Positions 19,851 to 29,735 of a DNA stretch of 64,000 nt are shown in pieces. Source of the stretch: an uncultured Oscillospiraceae bacterium (lineage in GTDB: Bacteria; Bacillota; Clostridia; Oscillospirales; Oscillospiraceae); NCBI GenBank assembly GCA_944385075.1, contig CALWVW010000001.1:4401-68400 (forward strand), in the 5' to 3' direction. Position 1 is the first letter of the stretch; each line of letters begins with the position of its first letter. The notes beneath the pieces were generated by a model that saw only the letters and a list, made by a program, of their open reading frames with translations, ran no database searches and was not told the origin of the DNA. A program made the position numbers and the translations under genes.

Positions 19851-20681
19851 GTGAGTCAGATCAGAATGGAGCAGATATCCGCCATGAATATCTCGTTCCA
19901 GTTTTATTCCCTGGAGTATTTTTTGGAGTCGGTGGCCAGGATCGGGTTTCAGAGCGTGGATCTCTGGACCGGATATCCCCACATGCTGTTGGACCAGGAC
20001 TACGCGGCCCAGTGCCGGGAGATCCGGCAGAGGTGCGACGATCTGGGCCTTGCGGTGAGCAATGTGACGCCCAAGGTGATTGGCTGGCCGCTGAATATCG
20101 CGGACGAGAGTCCGAAGATCAGAGAGCGGGCCATGGACTATCTCAAGCGGGCGGTGGATGCATCGGAGATCCTGGGGGCGCCCTCCCTCCAATTGACTCC
20201 AGGTACCGGTCTGTACGACCGGCCGCGGGAGGCGGCCTGGGAGCGCGCCCGGGAGTCCCTGCGTCGCCTGGCGGACTTTGCCGGCGGAGCGGGAAAGTAT
20301 CTGGCGCTGGAGGCGATTCAGATCGTGGAGTCCAACCTGGTCAACAACCGGGAGGACCTGGTCCGGATGCTGGAGGAGGTGGACTCCCCGGTTCTGGGCG
20401 CGGTGGTGGACACCACCCACATGGCCAAAAACGGGGAGAGCCTGGATGAGTATCTGGAGACCCTGGGAGACCGGGTCAGGCGCATCCATCTGAATGAGAC
20501 CGACCAACTGCCGTGGGGGGAGGGGAAGGCCCCGCTCCAGGTCTATCTGAACCACCTGAATCAGGCGGAGTATCAGGGGCCCATCACGGTGGAGATCTGT
20601 TCCAAGCCGCACTATTTGAAGCCTTACGCGGCTATGAAGAACAGCTATGATTATTTGAAAGACGCGCTGGCGCGTCAATAA
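19851..20681 (+). CDS. sugar phosphate isomerase/epimerase (FrlC-like), paralog 1
   Basis: YSLEYFLE, W.G.PH, LALEAI...ESNLV, VDTTHM..GE, LPWGEG; GTG start. Confidence 0.85.
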   Translation: MSQIRMEQISAMNISFQFYSLEYFLESVARIGFQSVDLWTGYPHMLLDQDYAAQCREIRQRCDDLGLAVSNVTPKVIGWPLNIADESPKIRERAMDYLKRAVDASEILGAPSLQLTPGTGLYDRPREAAWERARESLRRLADFAGGAGKYLALEAIQIVESNLVNNREDLVRMLEEVDSPVLGAVVDTTHMAKNGESLDEYLETLGDRVRRIHLNETDQLPWGEGKAPLQVYLNHLNQAEYQGPITVEICSKPHYLKPYAAMKNSYDYLKDALARQ

Positions 20682-20698
20682 TAGAGAGGAGGACAAGT

Positions 20699-21532
20699 AT
20701 GGCAACGATTCGAAGGGAACAGCTTGCGGGAATGGGGATGCACTACAAGTACCGCACGCTGGAGTATTTCCTGCAGGCGCAGAAGGAGCTGGGCCTGAAG
20801 AGCATCGAGGTGTGGTGCGCCCGCCCCCACTTCCTGCTGGACGACTACGACTATGACGATCCCAAGGCCTTTCGGGAGAAGGTGGAGTCCTACGGTCTGA
20901 CCATTGGCGTCTTCTCCCCGGAGTGCACGGTGTACAACTACAACCTGTGCGCCTGGGAGGAGACGGCGGCCCGCCACTCCATGGGCTACTTTGAAAACGG
21001 GATCCGGGCGGCGGCGGGGACCGGCGCCAAGCTGATGGTGGTCAACTGTTGCGGCGGAGCCCGGGACGAGGAGCCCGAGCGGGTCTTCGACCGGGCGGTC
21101 TCCCGGCTGAAGGCGCTGGCCAAGACGGCCGCGGACCAGGGGGTGACCCTGGCGGTGGAGACGGTCCGCCCGGACGACTCCCATGTGTTCAACACCCTCC
21201 CCGAGCTGGTCAGGCTCCTGGACGCGGTGGGCGAGGACAGCGTGCAGGCCAGCGTGGACCTGACCGCGGCCGGGATGGCCGGAGAGTCGCTGAAGGACTG
21301 GTTCGAGACGCTGGGCAAGCGGTTGCGCCACATCCGCTTTGTGGACGGCCGCCCCCAGGGGCGGCTGGCCTGGGGGGACGGACTGCGCCCCCTGGAGGAC
21401 CATGTGGAGTGGATCAATCAGTACGGCTATCAGGGGTATTTGAGCCTGGCGCTCAATGACGCGCGCTATTTTGACGATCCCAGGGAGGCGGACCGGAAAA
21501 ATATGGCGGCGCTGGCCCCGTTTATCCAGTGA
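20699..21532 (+). CDS. sugar phosphate isomerase/epimerase (FrlC-like), paralog 2
   Basis: TLEYFL, EVW...PH, LAVETVRP, VDLTA...AGE, LAWGDG. Confidence 0.85.
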   Translation: MATIRREQLAGMGMHYKYRTLEYFLQAQKELGLKSIEVWCARPHFLLDDYDYDDPKAFREKVESYGLTIGVFSPECTVYNYNLCAWEETAARHSMGYFENGIRAAAGTGAKLMVVNCCGGARDEEPERVFDRAVSRLKALAKTAADQGVTLAVETVRPDDSHVFNTLPELVRLLDAVGEDSVQASVDLTAAGMAGESLKDWFETLGKRLRHIRFVDGRPQGRLAWGDGLRPLEDHVEWINQYGYQGYLSLALNDARYFDDPREADRKNMAALAPFIQ

Positions 21533-21549
21533 GAGGGGAGGAAGGCACA

Positions 21550-22386
21550 ATGAAATTGGTCAGTTTTGATCGCCTGTCTGTTTTGAATCTGCACTACTAT
21601 CAGTTCAGTCTGGAGTATTTCCTGGACTGCATGGTGGAGCTTGGCATCAAAAATGTGGAGCTCCTGGGCGGGCACCAGGGGCTGTGGCTGGATCCCAAGG
21701 AGCACCAGGACCCGGAGCCGGTCCGCCGGATGCTCCAGGAGCGCGGCCTGAAGTGCCCCGTCTTCACCCCCCAGAACTGCCGCTTCGGCTATCAGTTCGG
21801 CGTGAAGGAGCCCAAACTGCGGGAGAAGACCTTCGGCTTTTACGCCAACGGCATCCGCCTGGCGGCGGCGCTGGGCGCCACCTATATGGAGGCCAACTCC
21901 GGCTGGGGCTATTGGGACGAGCCGGTGGAGGACGGGATCAAGCGCACCATCGAGATGCACCAGCGGCTGGCCGAGGTGGCCGCCGAGAACCACATCACCA
22001 TCGTGGCCGAGTCCCTGCGCCCCCAGGAGTCCAGGATCGGTTGCCGGCTGGAGCAGATGAAGCAGATCTTCGACGGGGTCAACCACCCCAACTTCAAGGT
22101 GATGATCGACCTGACCGCCATGTCGGTGGCCGGGGAGAGCATCCAGGACTGGTTCGACGTGTTTGGGAAGGAGAACATCGCCCACGCCCACTTCCAGGAC
22201 TGCAACCCCTATGGGCACTACATCTGGGGCGAGGGGACCCGGAACCTGCAAAAGGATCTGGAGGTTATGATCCGGAACGGCTATGAGGGGTACTACACCC
22301 AGGAGCTGACCGACCCCGCCTACTACTTCGACCCCTTCCGCTACGACAAGCGGAACGTGCAGAATCTGCGCATGTATATGCAGTAA
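21550..22386 (+). CDS. sugar phosphate isomerase/epimerase (FrlC-like), paralog 3
   Basis: FSLEYFL, VAESLRPQES, IDLTAM..AGE, HFQD, WGEG. Confidence 0.85.
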   Translation: MKLVSFDRLSVLNLHYYQFSLEYFLDCMVELGIKNVELLGGHQGLWLDPKEHQDPEPVRRMLQERGLKCPVFTPQNCRFGYQFGVKEPKLREKTFGFYANGIRLAAALGATYMEANSGWGYWDEPVEDGIKRTIEMHQRLAEVAAENHITIVAESLRPQESRIGCRLEQMKQIFDGVNHPNFKVMIDLTAMSVAGESIQDWFDVFGKENIAHAHFQDCNPYGHYIWGEGTRNLQKDLEVMIRNGYEGYYTQELTDPAYYFDPFRYDKRNVQNLRMYMQ

Positions 22387-22420
22387 AAATAGCCGTGCCG
22401 GCCCGAGCCGGACCGCCACA

Positions 22421-22460
22421 GACGCCGCCGCCCGCCTGCCGGGCGGCGGCGTCCTTCTTT
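22421..22460 (+). terminator. intrinsic terminator
   Basis: GACGCCGCCGCCCG/CGGGCGGCGGCGTC + CTTCTTT. Confidence 0.75.
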
Positions 22461-22593
22461 GGAGGGCGGCGATTTTGGAAATATTCCCTTGAACCATTTG
22501 AGCAATGCCCCGCGGTCTGGTATAATAGTCCCATACCACGGGCCGGCGGCCGGTATGCCGCGGCCCGGACCCCAGGGAAAGGACGGTGCCCCC

Positions 22594-23877
22594 ATGACGG
22601 GAAAAGCGCAGTATACGGTGGTCGTCGCGGACGACGAGGATGAGCTCCGGGAGGCGGTCTGTACCATGACGCCCTGGCAGGAGTTCGGCTTCCGCCTGGT
22701 GGGGAGCGCCAGCAACGGCCTGGACGCCCTGCAACTGGTGGAGAAGCACCAGCCCGATCTGCTCCTGACGGATATCCGGATGCCCTTTATCTCCGGGATC
22801 GAGCTGGCCCGCCAGGTGCGGGAGATCCGCCCCGCCACCAATATCGCCTTTTTGAGCGGCTATGACGATTTTCAATACGCCAAACAGGCCATCCAGTACA
22901 ACATCATCAGCTATATGCTCAAGCCGCTGACCGTGGAGGGGCTGGCGGCGGAGCTCAAGATGATCCGGGAGAAGATCGACACCCAGTTTGCCCAGTTCCG
23001 CCAGACCCCCGCCGGGGGCGGCGAGCTGGACCAGCGGGCCGCCCTGCTGATGCCGCTGGTGCTGGACGACTACGCCGACCCGGAGGAGGCGGCGCGGGCG
23101 GAGGACTACGCCCGCCAGTGCGGCCTGTTGCGGGACCCGGACGACCGGCCGTGCTACACGGTGATGGTCACCACCCTGCGGAACGGGGTGGGGACCAACT
23201 GCACGACCCCCGCCTTTGTGGCCTCCGTCAACCGGCTGGCCTCCAAATATCTCCGCAGTGTCAGCTTCTACACCTCCGGAAAGGTGGTCTCGGTCCTGCT
23301 GGGCAACCCGTCGGACTTCACGGAGTACCTGCACATCCTGGCCGACGAGATCCCCCAGATGGCGGACCGGGTGCTGGGGAGCGAGTGTCACATCGGCGTC
23401 AGCCGTATGGTGAACAGCCTGGCCACCCTGCACGGGGCCTACCGGGAGGCGATGGACGCCCTGCGGCAGGGGGAGATGTCAGAGGGCGGGGCGCACTTCA
23501 TCTGGGACCTGGCCCCCTCGGTCAAGGGCGGGCCCCTGCTGTGCCGCCGGGCCCTGGACACCCTGGGACAGCTCTACATGGACCCCGATCTGTCCCTGGT
23601 GTCCCTGAGCGAGAAGCTGGACGTCAGCCCCAACTACCTGAGCGCCTGCATCAAGAAATATACCGGCGAGACCTTTATGAACATCCTCATCCGCAAGCGG
23701 ATGGAGGTGGCCAGAGAGCTTCTGGCCACCTCCGGACAGAAGATCCAGGACATCTCCCAGCGGTGCGGCTACACCGACCAGCACTATTTCAGCTACTGCT
23801 TCAAAAAATACTGCGGCGAGTCCCCCAACGCCATGCGCCGGCGGCTGGAGGCGGAGAGGGCGGGTGAGACCGGATGA
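22594..23877 (+). CDS. two-component response regulator, receiver + AraC (YesN-like)
   Basis: ADDE, LTDIRMP, YMLKP; C-terminal AraC HTH (SPNYLS, GYTDQHYFS..FKK). Confidence 0.93.
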   Translation: MTGKAQYTVVVADDEDELREAVCTMTPWQEFGFRLVGSASNGLDALQLVEKHQPDLLLTDIRMPFISGIELARQVREIRPATNIAFLSGYDDFQYAKQAIQYNIISYMLKPLTVEGLAAELKMIREKIDTQFAQFRQTPAGGGELDQRAALLMPLVLDDYADPEEAARAEDYARQCGLLRDPDDRPCYTVMVTTLRNGVGTNCTTPAFVASVNRLASKYLRSVSFYTSGKVVSVLLGNPSDFTEYLHILADEIPQMADRVLGSECHIGVSRMVNSLATLHGAYREAMDALRQGEMSEGGAHFIWDLAPSVKGGPLLCRRALDTLGQLYMDPDLSLVSLSEKLDVSPNYLSACIKKYTGETFMNILIRKRMEVARELLATSGQKIQDISQRCGYTDQHYFSYCFKKYCGESPNAMRRRLEAERAGETG

Positions 23878-25589
23878 GGGACAAGTCCGCCCCCAGAGGG
23901 CCCCGCACCACCGCCATCCTGGTGGCCATGGTGGTGGGGGTGGTGGCCATTATCCTGTGCAGTTGCATCGCCCTGTTCCTGCACCGCTACCGGGTGGCCA
24001 TGGTGCAGAGCGCCCGGACCAGCACCGCCCAGGCCGTGGCCCAGGTGTCCAACACGGTGGGGAGCTATCTGGAGGACATCCACCAGGCCATGGAGCTGGT
24101 GGTGGCCTCCATGTGGGAGGAGGACGACCAGGATATGCTCCTGCGGGCCTTTCTGACCTTCCGGCCCGACGCGGTGGCCGTCACCAGCTACTCGGAGAGC
24201 GGCCTGCTACTGGACTGCTGGTCCCCCGGGCGGGAGCCCCGGGAGGACATCCTGGTGAACCTCTCCTTTGATCTGGTCACCGCCCAGGCCACCGGCGGCC
24301 CCTATCTCACCGCCCCCCACGTGGAGAGCATCTTCGAGGGGTACTACCCCTGGGTGGTCACCGTCACCGCCCCCCTGGAGCCGGGGGGAGAGGCGGCCTG
24401 GGTGTCCCTGGACCTGAGCTTTGCCGGGATCTCCGGCTACATCAACAACGTGGGCATCGGCCAGCGGGGCTACTGCTTTCTCATGGACCAGAGCGGGGCC
24501 ATCGTCTACCACCCCCAACAGCGGCTCCTGTACGCGGGGCTCAAGTCGGAGGACACCGCCTCTCTGGCTACCCTGGCTGACGGGACCTACGACGACGACA
24601 CGGTGATCTACTCCCTGTCCACGGTGGAGGGGAGCGGCTGGCGGGTGGTGGGCGTCAGCTATGTGGACGAGCTGGTCAACCAGAACGTCCGGGAGATGAT
24701 CCGGCTGTCCGGGGTGATGGCCCTGGTCATCCTGGCCGCCGCCCTGTTCACCAGCTGGCTGTTGTCCCACCTGCTGGGCCGCCCCCTGCGGGGGCTGGCC
24801 TCCGCCATGGAGCGCTTCGAGTCGGACGCCGACCACTTCACCTATCAGCCGGTGGGGGGGACCCGGGAGGTGCGGGAGCTGTCCGACTCCTTCGGCCACA
24901 TGGTGGTGCGCATCCAGCAACTCATGTCCACCGTGCGGCAGGAGGAGGTCAACCTGCGCAAGACCGAGCTGAAGGCTCTCCAGGCCCAGATCAACCCCCA
25001 CTTCCTGTACAACACCCTGGACTCCATCGCCTGGATGTGCGAGCGCGGCCGGAACACCGACGCGGTGAACATGGTCCACGCCCTGGCCCGGCTGTTCCGC
25101 ATCAGCATCAGCCGGGGCAACGAGCTCATCCCCATCGCCAAGGAGCTGGAGCACGCGGAGAGCTATCTCCAGATCCAGAAGTACCGCTATAAGAACCAGT
25201 TCACCTACACCTTTGAGGTGGACCCGGCCTGTCTGGAGTACTACTGCAACAAGATCACCCTCCAGCCCATCATCGAGAACGCCATCAACCACGGCCTGGA
25301 CCTGATGGTGGACGAGGGGCAGATCACCGTCCAGGTGTGCCAGGAGGGGGAGGACATCCTCTTCCGGGTCCGGGACAACGGGGTGGGCATGAGCCGCGAG
25401 CAGGTGGACGCCATCCTGCACCACAGCCCCGGCGACCGCACGGGCATCGGCATCAAAAATGTGGACGACCGGCTGAAGATCTACTTTGGAAAGGAATACG
25501 GCCTGCGGATCACCAGCGAGCTGGATGTGGGCACCTGCGTGGAGATCCGGATGCCCAAGATAGGGGAGGGCGACTATGAGACGAAATAG
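23874..25589 (+). CDS. sensor histidine kinase (YesM-like)
   Basis: ALQAQINPHFLYNTL, LQPIIENAI.HG, DNGVGM, GIGIKNV. Confidence 0.93.
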   Translation: MRDKSAPRGPRTTAILVAMVVGVVAIILCSCIALFLHRYRVAMVQSARTSTAQAVAQVSNTVGSYLEDIHQAMELVVASMWEEDDQDMLLRAFLTFRPDAVAVTSYSESGLLLDCWSPGREPREDILVNLSFDLVTAQATGGPYLTAPHVESIFEGYYPWVVTVTAPLEPGGEAAWVSLDLSFAGISGYINNVGIGQRGYCFLMDQSGAIVYHPQQRLLYAGLKSEDTASLATLADGTYDDDTVIYSLSTVEGSGWRVVGVSYVDELVNQNVREMIRLSGVMALVILAAALFTSWLLSHLLGRPLRGLASAMERFESDADHFTYQPVGGTREVRELSDSFGHMVVRIQQLMSTVRQEEVNLRKTELKALQAQINPHFLYNTLDSIAWMCERGRNTDAVNMVHALARLFRISISRGNELIPIAKELEHAESYLQIQKYRYKNQFTYTFEVDPACLEYYCNKITLQPIIENAINHGLDLMVDEGQITVQVCQEGEDILFRVRDNGVGMSREQVDAILHHSPGDRTGIGIKNVDDRLKIYFGKEYGLRITSELDVGTCVEIRMPKIGEGDYETK

Positions 25590-26547
25590 ACTGCTTGCCC
25601 TGGCCCTGGGGCTTGTTCTGACCCTGACCTGCCTGTCCGCCTGCGGGACAGAGCAGGAGGCCGGCCAGCGGCACCGGGTGGCCCTGGTGGCCAAGTCCAC
25701 CCAGACCGAGTTCTGGCTGTCCGTCTTTGCCGGGGCCCAGGCCGCCGCCGCCGAGTACAACATGGAGCTGACCACCATGGGTCCGGAGACCGAGGAGGAC
25801 TATGAGACCCAGAACCGGATGATCGCCGAGGTGGTGGAGTCGGGGGCGGAGGCCCTGGTCTTCTCCGCCATCGACTTCACCCGGAACGCCGCCGCAGTGG
25901 ACGCCGCCGGCCAGGCGGGGGTGAAGGTCGTGTCCATCGACAGCGGGGTGGACTCCGACCAGGTGGGCACCTACATCGGCACCGACAACTACGCCGCCGG
26001 CCGCATGGCCGCCCAGGCCGCCCTGGAGGGGGTGGAGGGGGAGCTGGTGGTGGGGCTGGTCAACTACGACGAGAGCACCGCCAACGGCCAGGAGCGGGAG
26101 CGGGGGGTCCGGGACGCCCTGGCCGAGAGCGGCCGGGCCCGGGTGGCCGCCTCGGTGACCACCCTGGTGGAGGCGGAGCGGGCCCGGGCGGACACCGCGG
26201 ACCTGTTGCGGAACAACCCGGAGATCAACGTGGTGATCGCCTTCAACGAGCCCACCAGTGTGGGGGCCGCCCAGGCGGTGGCCGGGTTGCGACTGGCCGA
26301 CGCGGTCTTTCTGGTGGGCTTCGACTCCAACGTGGCCACCATCGACGGCCTTCAGGAGGGCTATGTGGACGCCCTCATCGTCCAGAACCCCTATGCCATG
26401 GGCTATCTGGGGGTGGAGAGCGCCTACCGGCTCCTCTCCGGCCAGGGGGGCGCCCTGGAGACCACGGTGGACACCTCCACCCAGATCGTCAACCGGGGCA
26501 ACCTGTTCTCCCTGGACAGCCAGAAGGCCCTCTTTGCCTTCGAGTGA
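25576..26547 (+). CDS. sugar-binding lipoprotein (RbsB-like), likely sensing partner of the two-component system
   Basis: LSAC lipobox, IGTDNYAAG, VGFDS, IVQNPYAMGY. Confidence 0.88.
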   Translation: MRRNRLLALALGLVLTLTCLSACGTEQEAGQRHRVALVAKSTQTEFWLSVFAGAQAAAAEYNMELTTMGPETEEDYETQNRMIAEVVESGAEALVFSAIDFTRNAAAVDAAGQAGVKVVSIDSGVDSDQVGTYIGTDNYAAGRMAAQAALEGVEGELVVGLVNYDESTANGQERERGVRDALAESGRARVAASVTTLVEAERARADTADLLRNNPEINVVIAFNEPTSVGAAQAVAGLRLADAVFLVGFDSNVATIDGLQEGYVDALIVQNPYAMGYLGVESAYRLLSGQGGALETTVDTSTQIVNRGNLFSLDSQKALFAFE

Positions 26548-26734
26548 CAGACGTGTTAGTCATTGTGCATAAAAAAGAGGGAAGATTTTCTACGAAAACC
26601 CCAGAAAGGATGAAAAATTACCCTGGTTTCGGTGCTTTTTCCCCTTGTTTTTTCCCCTGTTTTCTTTTACCATGGGATTGCAAAGGGAGTGGGACAGCCC
26701 CTCCCGATGTAACATATTGAAAAGGAGAATGATC

Positions 26735-28051
26735 ATGAAAAAAGCTCTTGCACTTGCTCTGGCCACTGTCATGATGCTCGGCCTGGTCGCCTGTGGCGGC
26801 GGGGACGAGTCCACCTCCCAGTCCGGCAACACCTCCGGAAGCCAGGGTGACACCAGCACCGCCACCGTGGCCAACAAGGACAAGCCCCTGGTGTGGTTCA
26901 ACCGTCAGCCCTCCAACAGCTCCACCGGCGAGCTGGACATGGAGGCCCTGACCTTCAACGACGACACCTACTATGTGGGCTTTGACGCCAACCAGGGCGC
27001 CGAGCTCCAGGGCCAGATGATCCTGGACTACATCACCTCCAGCATCCAGGCCAGCATCGATGCCGGTGAGGAGATCACCATCGACCGCAACAACGACGGC
27101 ATCATCGGCTATGTGCTGGCCATCGGCGACATCGGCCACAACGACTCCATCGCCCGTACCCGCGGCGTCCGCTCCGCTCTGGGCACCGGTGTCGAGGTGG
27201 ACGGCGCCATCAACTCCGACCCCATCGGCACCAACACCGACGGCACCTCCACCATCGTGAAGGATGGCGAGATCACCGTCAACGGCACCACCTACATCGT
27301 CCGTGAGCTGGCCTCCCAGGAGATGAAGAACTCCGCCGGCGCCACTTGGGACGCGGGCACCGCCGGCAACGCCATCAACACCTGGTCCGCCTCCTTCGGC
27401 GATCAGATCGATGTCATCGCCTCCAACAACGACGGCATGGGCATGGCCATGTTCACCGGCTGGTCCCAGGCCAACGGCGTGCCCACCTTCGGCTATGACG
27501 CCAACTCCGACGCCGTGGCCGCCATCGCCGACGGTTACGGCGGCACCATCAGCCAGCACGCCGACGTGCAGGCCTACCTGACCCTGCGCGTGCTGCGCAA
27601 CGCCCTGGACGGCGTGGATGTGGACACCGGCATCGGCACCGCCGACGACGCGGGCAACGTGCTCAGCGAGGACGTGTACAAGTACGTGGATGAGGAGCGC
27701 TCCTACTACGCCCTGAACGTGGCCGTCACCGCGGAGAACTATGAGGACTTCCTGGACTCCACCGTGACCTACGCCCCCGTGTCCTACCAGCTGGACGCCG
27801 AGACTCACCCCACCAAGAACGTGTGGCTGAACATCTACAACGCCGCCGACAACTTCCTGGGCTCCACCTATCAGCCCCTGCTGCAGAAGTATGACGACCT
27901 GCTGAACCTGAAGGTCGAGTACATCGGCGGCGACGGCCAGACCGAGGGCAACATCACCAACCGTCTGAGCAACCCCGACGCCTATGACGCCTTCGCCATC
28001 AACATGGTGAAGACCGACAACGCCGCCTCCTACACCACCCTGCTGGGCTAA
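26735..28051 (+). CDS. mglB: galactose/glucose-binding lipoprotein, MglB-like (circularly permuted)
   Basis: LVAC lipobox; PLVWFNRQPS, YYVGFD, DRNNDG Ca loop, GHNDSIART, NNDGM; IYNAADNF and FAINMV at C-terminus. Confidence 0.85.
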   Translation: MKKALALALATVMMLGLVACGGGDESTSQSGNTSGSQGDTSTATVANKDKPLVWFNRQPSNSSTGELDMEALTFNDDTYYVGFDANQGAELQGQMILDYITSSIQASIDAGEEITIDRNNDGIIGYVLAIGDIGHNDSIARTRGVRSALGTGVEVDGAINSDPIGTNTDGTSTIVKDGEITVNGTTYIVRELASQEMKNSAGATWDAGTAGNAINTWSASFGDQIDVIASNNDGMGMAMFTGWSQANGVPTFGYDANSDAVAAIADGYGGTISQHADVQAYLTLRVLRNALDGVDVDTGIGTADDAGNVLSEDVYKYVDEERSYYALNVAVTAENYEDFLDSTVTYAPVSYQLDAETHPTKNVWLNIYNAADNFLGSTYQPLLQKYDDLLNLKVEYIGGDGQTEGNITNRLSNPDAYDAFAINMVKTDNAASYTTLLG

Positions 28052-28102
28052 GCGCTGTAGGTCCGCGGCAGGAATTGAAACTGTGTACGCGGAAGCGAAC
28101 CG

Positions 28103-28142
28103 AATTGCTATCAGGGAGAGAGGCCTCTCCCTGATAGCAATT
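28103..28142 (+). terminator. 18-bp stem-loop between mglB and mglA (stabiliser or partial terminator)
   Basis: AATTGCTATCAGGGAGAG-aggc-CTCTCCCTGATAGCAATT. Confidence 0.7.
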
Positions 28143-28210
28143 TATAAAAAATCCGGCAGGAGCGCGGCAGAAAAACCGCCGCCGATCTGCTGATAACGGG
28201 AGTAACGAGA

Positions 28211-29719
28211 ATGGCAGACGCGAAAGACGATATCGTCCTGTCGATCCGCGGTATGTGCAAGTCTTTCGGCCGAAACCGGGTGCTTGACCACATCAACCTG
28301 GACGTAAAACGCGGGACGGTCATGGGGCTTATGGGCGAAAACGGCGCCGGTAAGTCCACCATGATGAAGTGCCTGTTCGGCACCTACCAAAAGGATGAGG
28401 GAAAAATCTATTTGAACGGCAAGGAGATCAGCTTCTCCGGTCCCAAGGACGCGCTGGAGAACGGGATCGCCATGGTCCACCAGGAGCTGAACCAGTGCCT
28501 GGAGCGGAACGTGACCGACAACCTGTTCCTGGGGCGCTACCCCACCAACTCCATGGGAGTGGTGGACGAGACCGGCATGAAGAAGAAGGCCTCCGAGCTG
28601 TTCCGAAAGCTGGGCATGACGGTCAACCTGAACCAGCCCATGCGGAACATGTCTGTCTCTCAGCGGCAGATGTGTGAGATCGCCAAGGCGATCTCCTACA
28701 ACTCTCAGGTCATCGTCCTGGACGAGCCCACCTCCTCGCTGACCGTGCAGGAGGTAGACAAGCTCTTCGAGATGATGCGGATGCTGAAGGAACAGGGCAT
28801 CGCCCTGATCTACATCTCCCACAAGATGGATGAGATCTTCGAGATCTGCGACGAGATCTCGGTGCTCCGGGACGGCAACCTGGTCATGACCAAGGCCGCG
28901 AAGGACACCAATATGAACGAGCTGATCACCGCCATGGTGGGCCGCTCCCTGGAGAGCCGGTTCCCGCCGGTGGACAACGTCCCCGGAGAGCCCATCCTGT
29001 CCATCCAGCACCTGTCCACCAAGTATGCCCCCTATCTCCAGGACATCACCTTCGACGTGAGGGAGGGGGAGATCTTCGGGCTGTACGGCCTGGTGGGCGC
29101 CGGGCGTACCGAGTTGCTGGAGACCATCTTCGGGGTCCGTACCCGGGCGGCGGGCCGGGTCTATTTCAAAAACCGCCTGATGAACTTCAACGACGCCAAG
29201 GAGGCCATCGAGCACGGCTTTGCCCTGATCACCGAGGAGCGCAAGGCCAACGGACTGTTCCTCAAGTGTGACCTGACCTTCAACACCACCATCGCCAACC
29301 TGGAGCAGTACAAATCCGGCATCGCCCTGTCCGACCAGAAGATGGTGAAGGCCACCAACAAGGAGATCAAGATCATGCACACCAAGTGCATGGGGCCGGA
29401 CGACATGATCACCAGCCTGTCCGGCGGCAACCAGCAGAAGGTGATCTTCGGCAAGTGGCTGGAGCGGGAGCCCCAGGTGTTCATGATGGACGAGCCCACC
29501 CGAGGCATCGACGTGGGCGCCAAGTATGAGATCTATGAGCTGATCATCCAGATGGCCAAGCAGGGCAAGACCATCATCGTGGTCTCCTCTGAGATGCCCG
29601 AGATCCTGGGCATCACCAACCGGATCGGTGTCATGTCCAACGGCCATCTGTCCGGCATTGTCAATACCAAGGAAACCAACCAGGAAGAGCTATTGCGACT
29701 GAGTGCAAAATACCTATAA
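28211..29719 (+). CDS. mglA: galactoside ABC transporter ATP-binding protein
   Basis: GENGAGKST, LDEPTSSL, LSGGNQQK, DEPTRGIDVGAK. Confidence 0.93.
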   Translation: MADAKDDIVLSIRGMCKSFGRNRVLDHINLDVKRGTVMGLMGENGAGKSTMMKCLFGTYQKDEGKIYLNGKEISFSGPKDALENGIAMVHQELNQCLERNVTDNLFLGRYPTNSMGVVDETGMKKKASELFRKLGMTVNLNQPMRNMSVSQRQMCEIAKAISYNSQVIVLDEPTSSLTVQEVDKLFEMMRMLKEQGIALIYISHKMDEIFEICDEISVLRDGNLVMTKAAKDTNMNELITAMVGRSLESRFPPVDNVPGEPILSIQHLSTKYAPYLQDITFDVREGEIFGLYGLVGAGRTELLETIFGVRTRAAGRVYFKNRLMNFNDAKEAIEHGFALITEERKANGLFLKCDLTFNTTIANLEQYKSGIALSDQKMVKATNKEIKIMHTKCMGPDDMITSLSGGNQQKVIFGKWLEREPQVFMMDEPTRGIDVGAKYEIYELIIQMAKQGKTIIVVSSEMPEILGITNRIGVMSNGHLSGIVNTKETNQEELLRLSAKYL

Positions 29720-29735
29720 ACGGGAGATATTGCAT

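Noticed and set aside
26630-26670. TTTTCCCC(T)TGTTT direct repeats upstream of mglB as a response-regulator site
   Set aside because: Low-complexity pyrimidine tract; cannot be distinguished from chance without comparative data.
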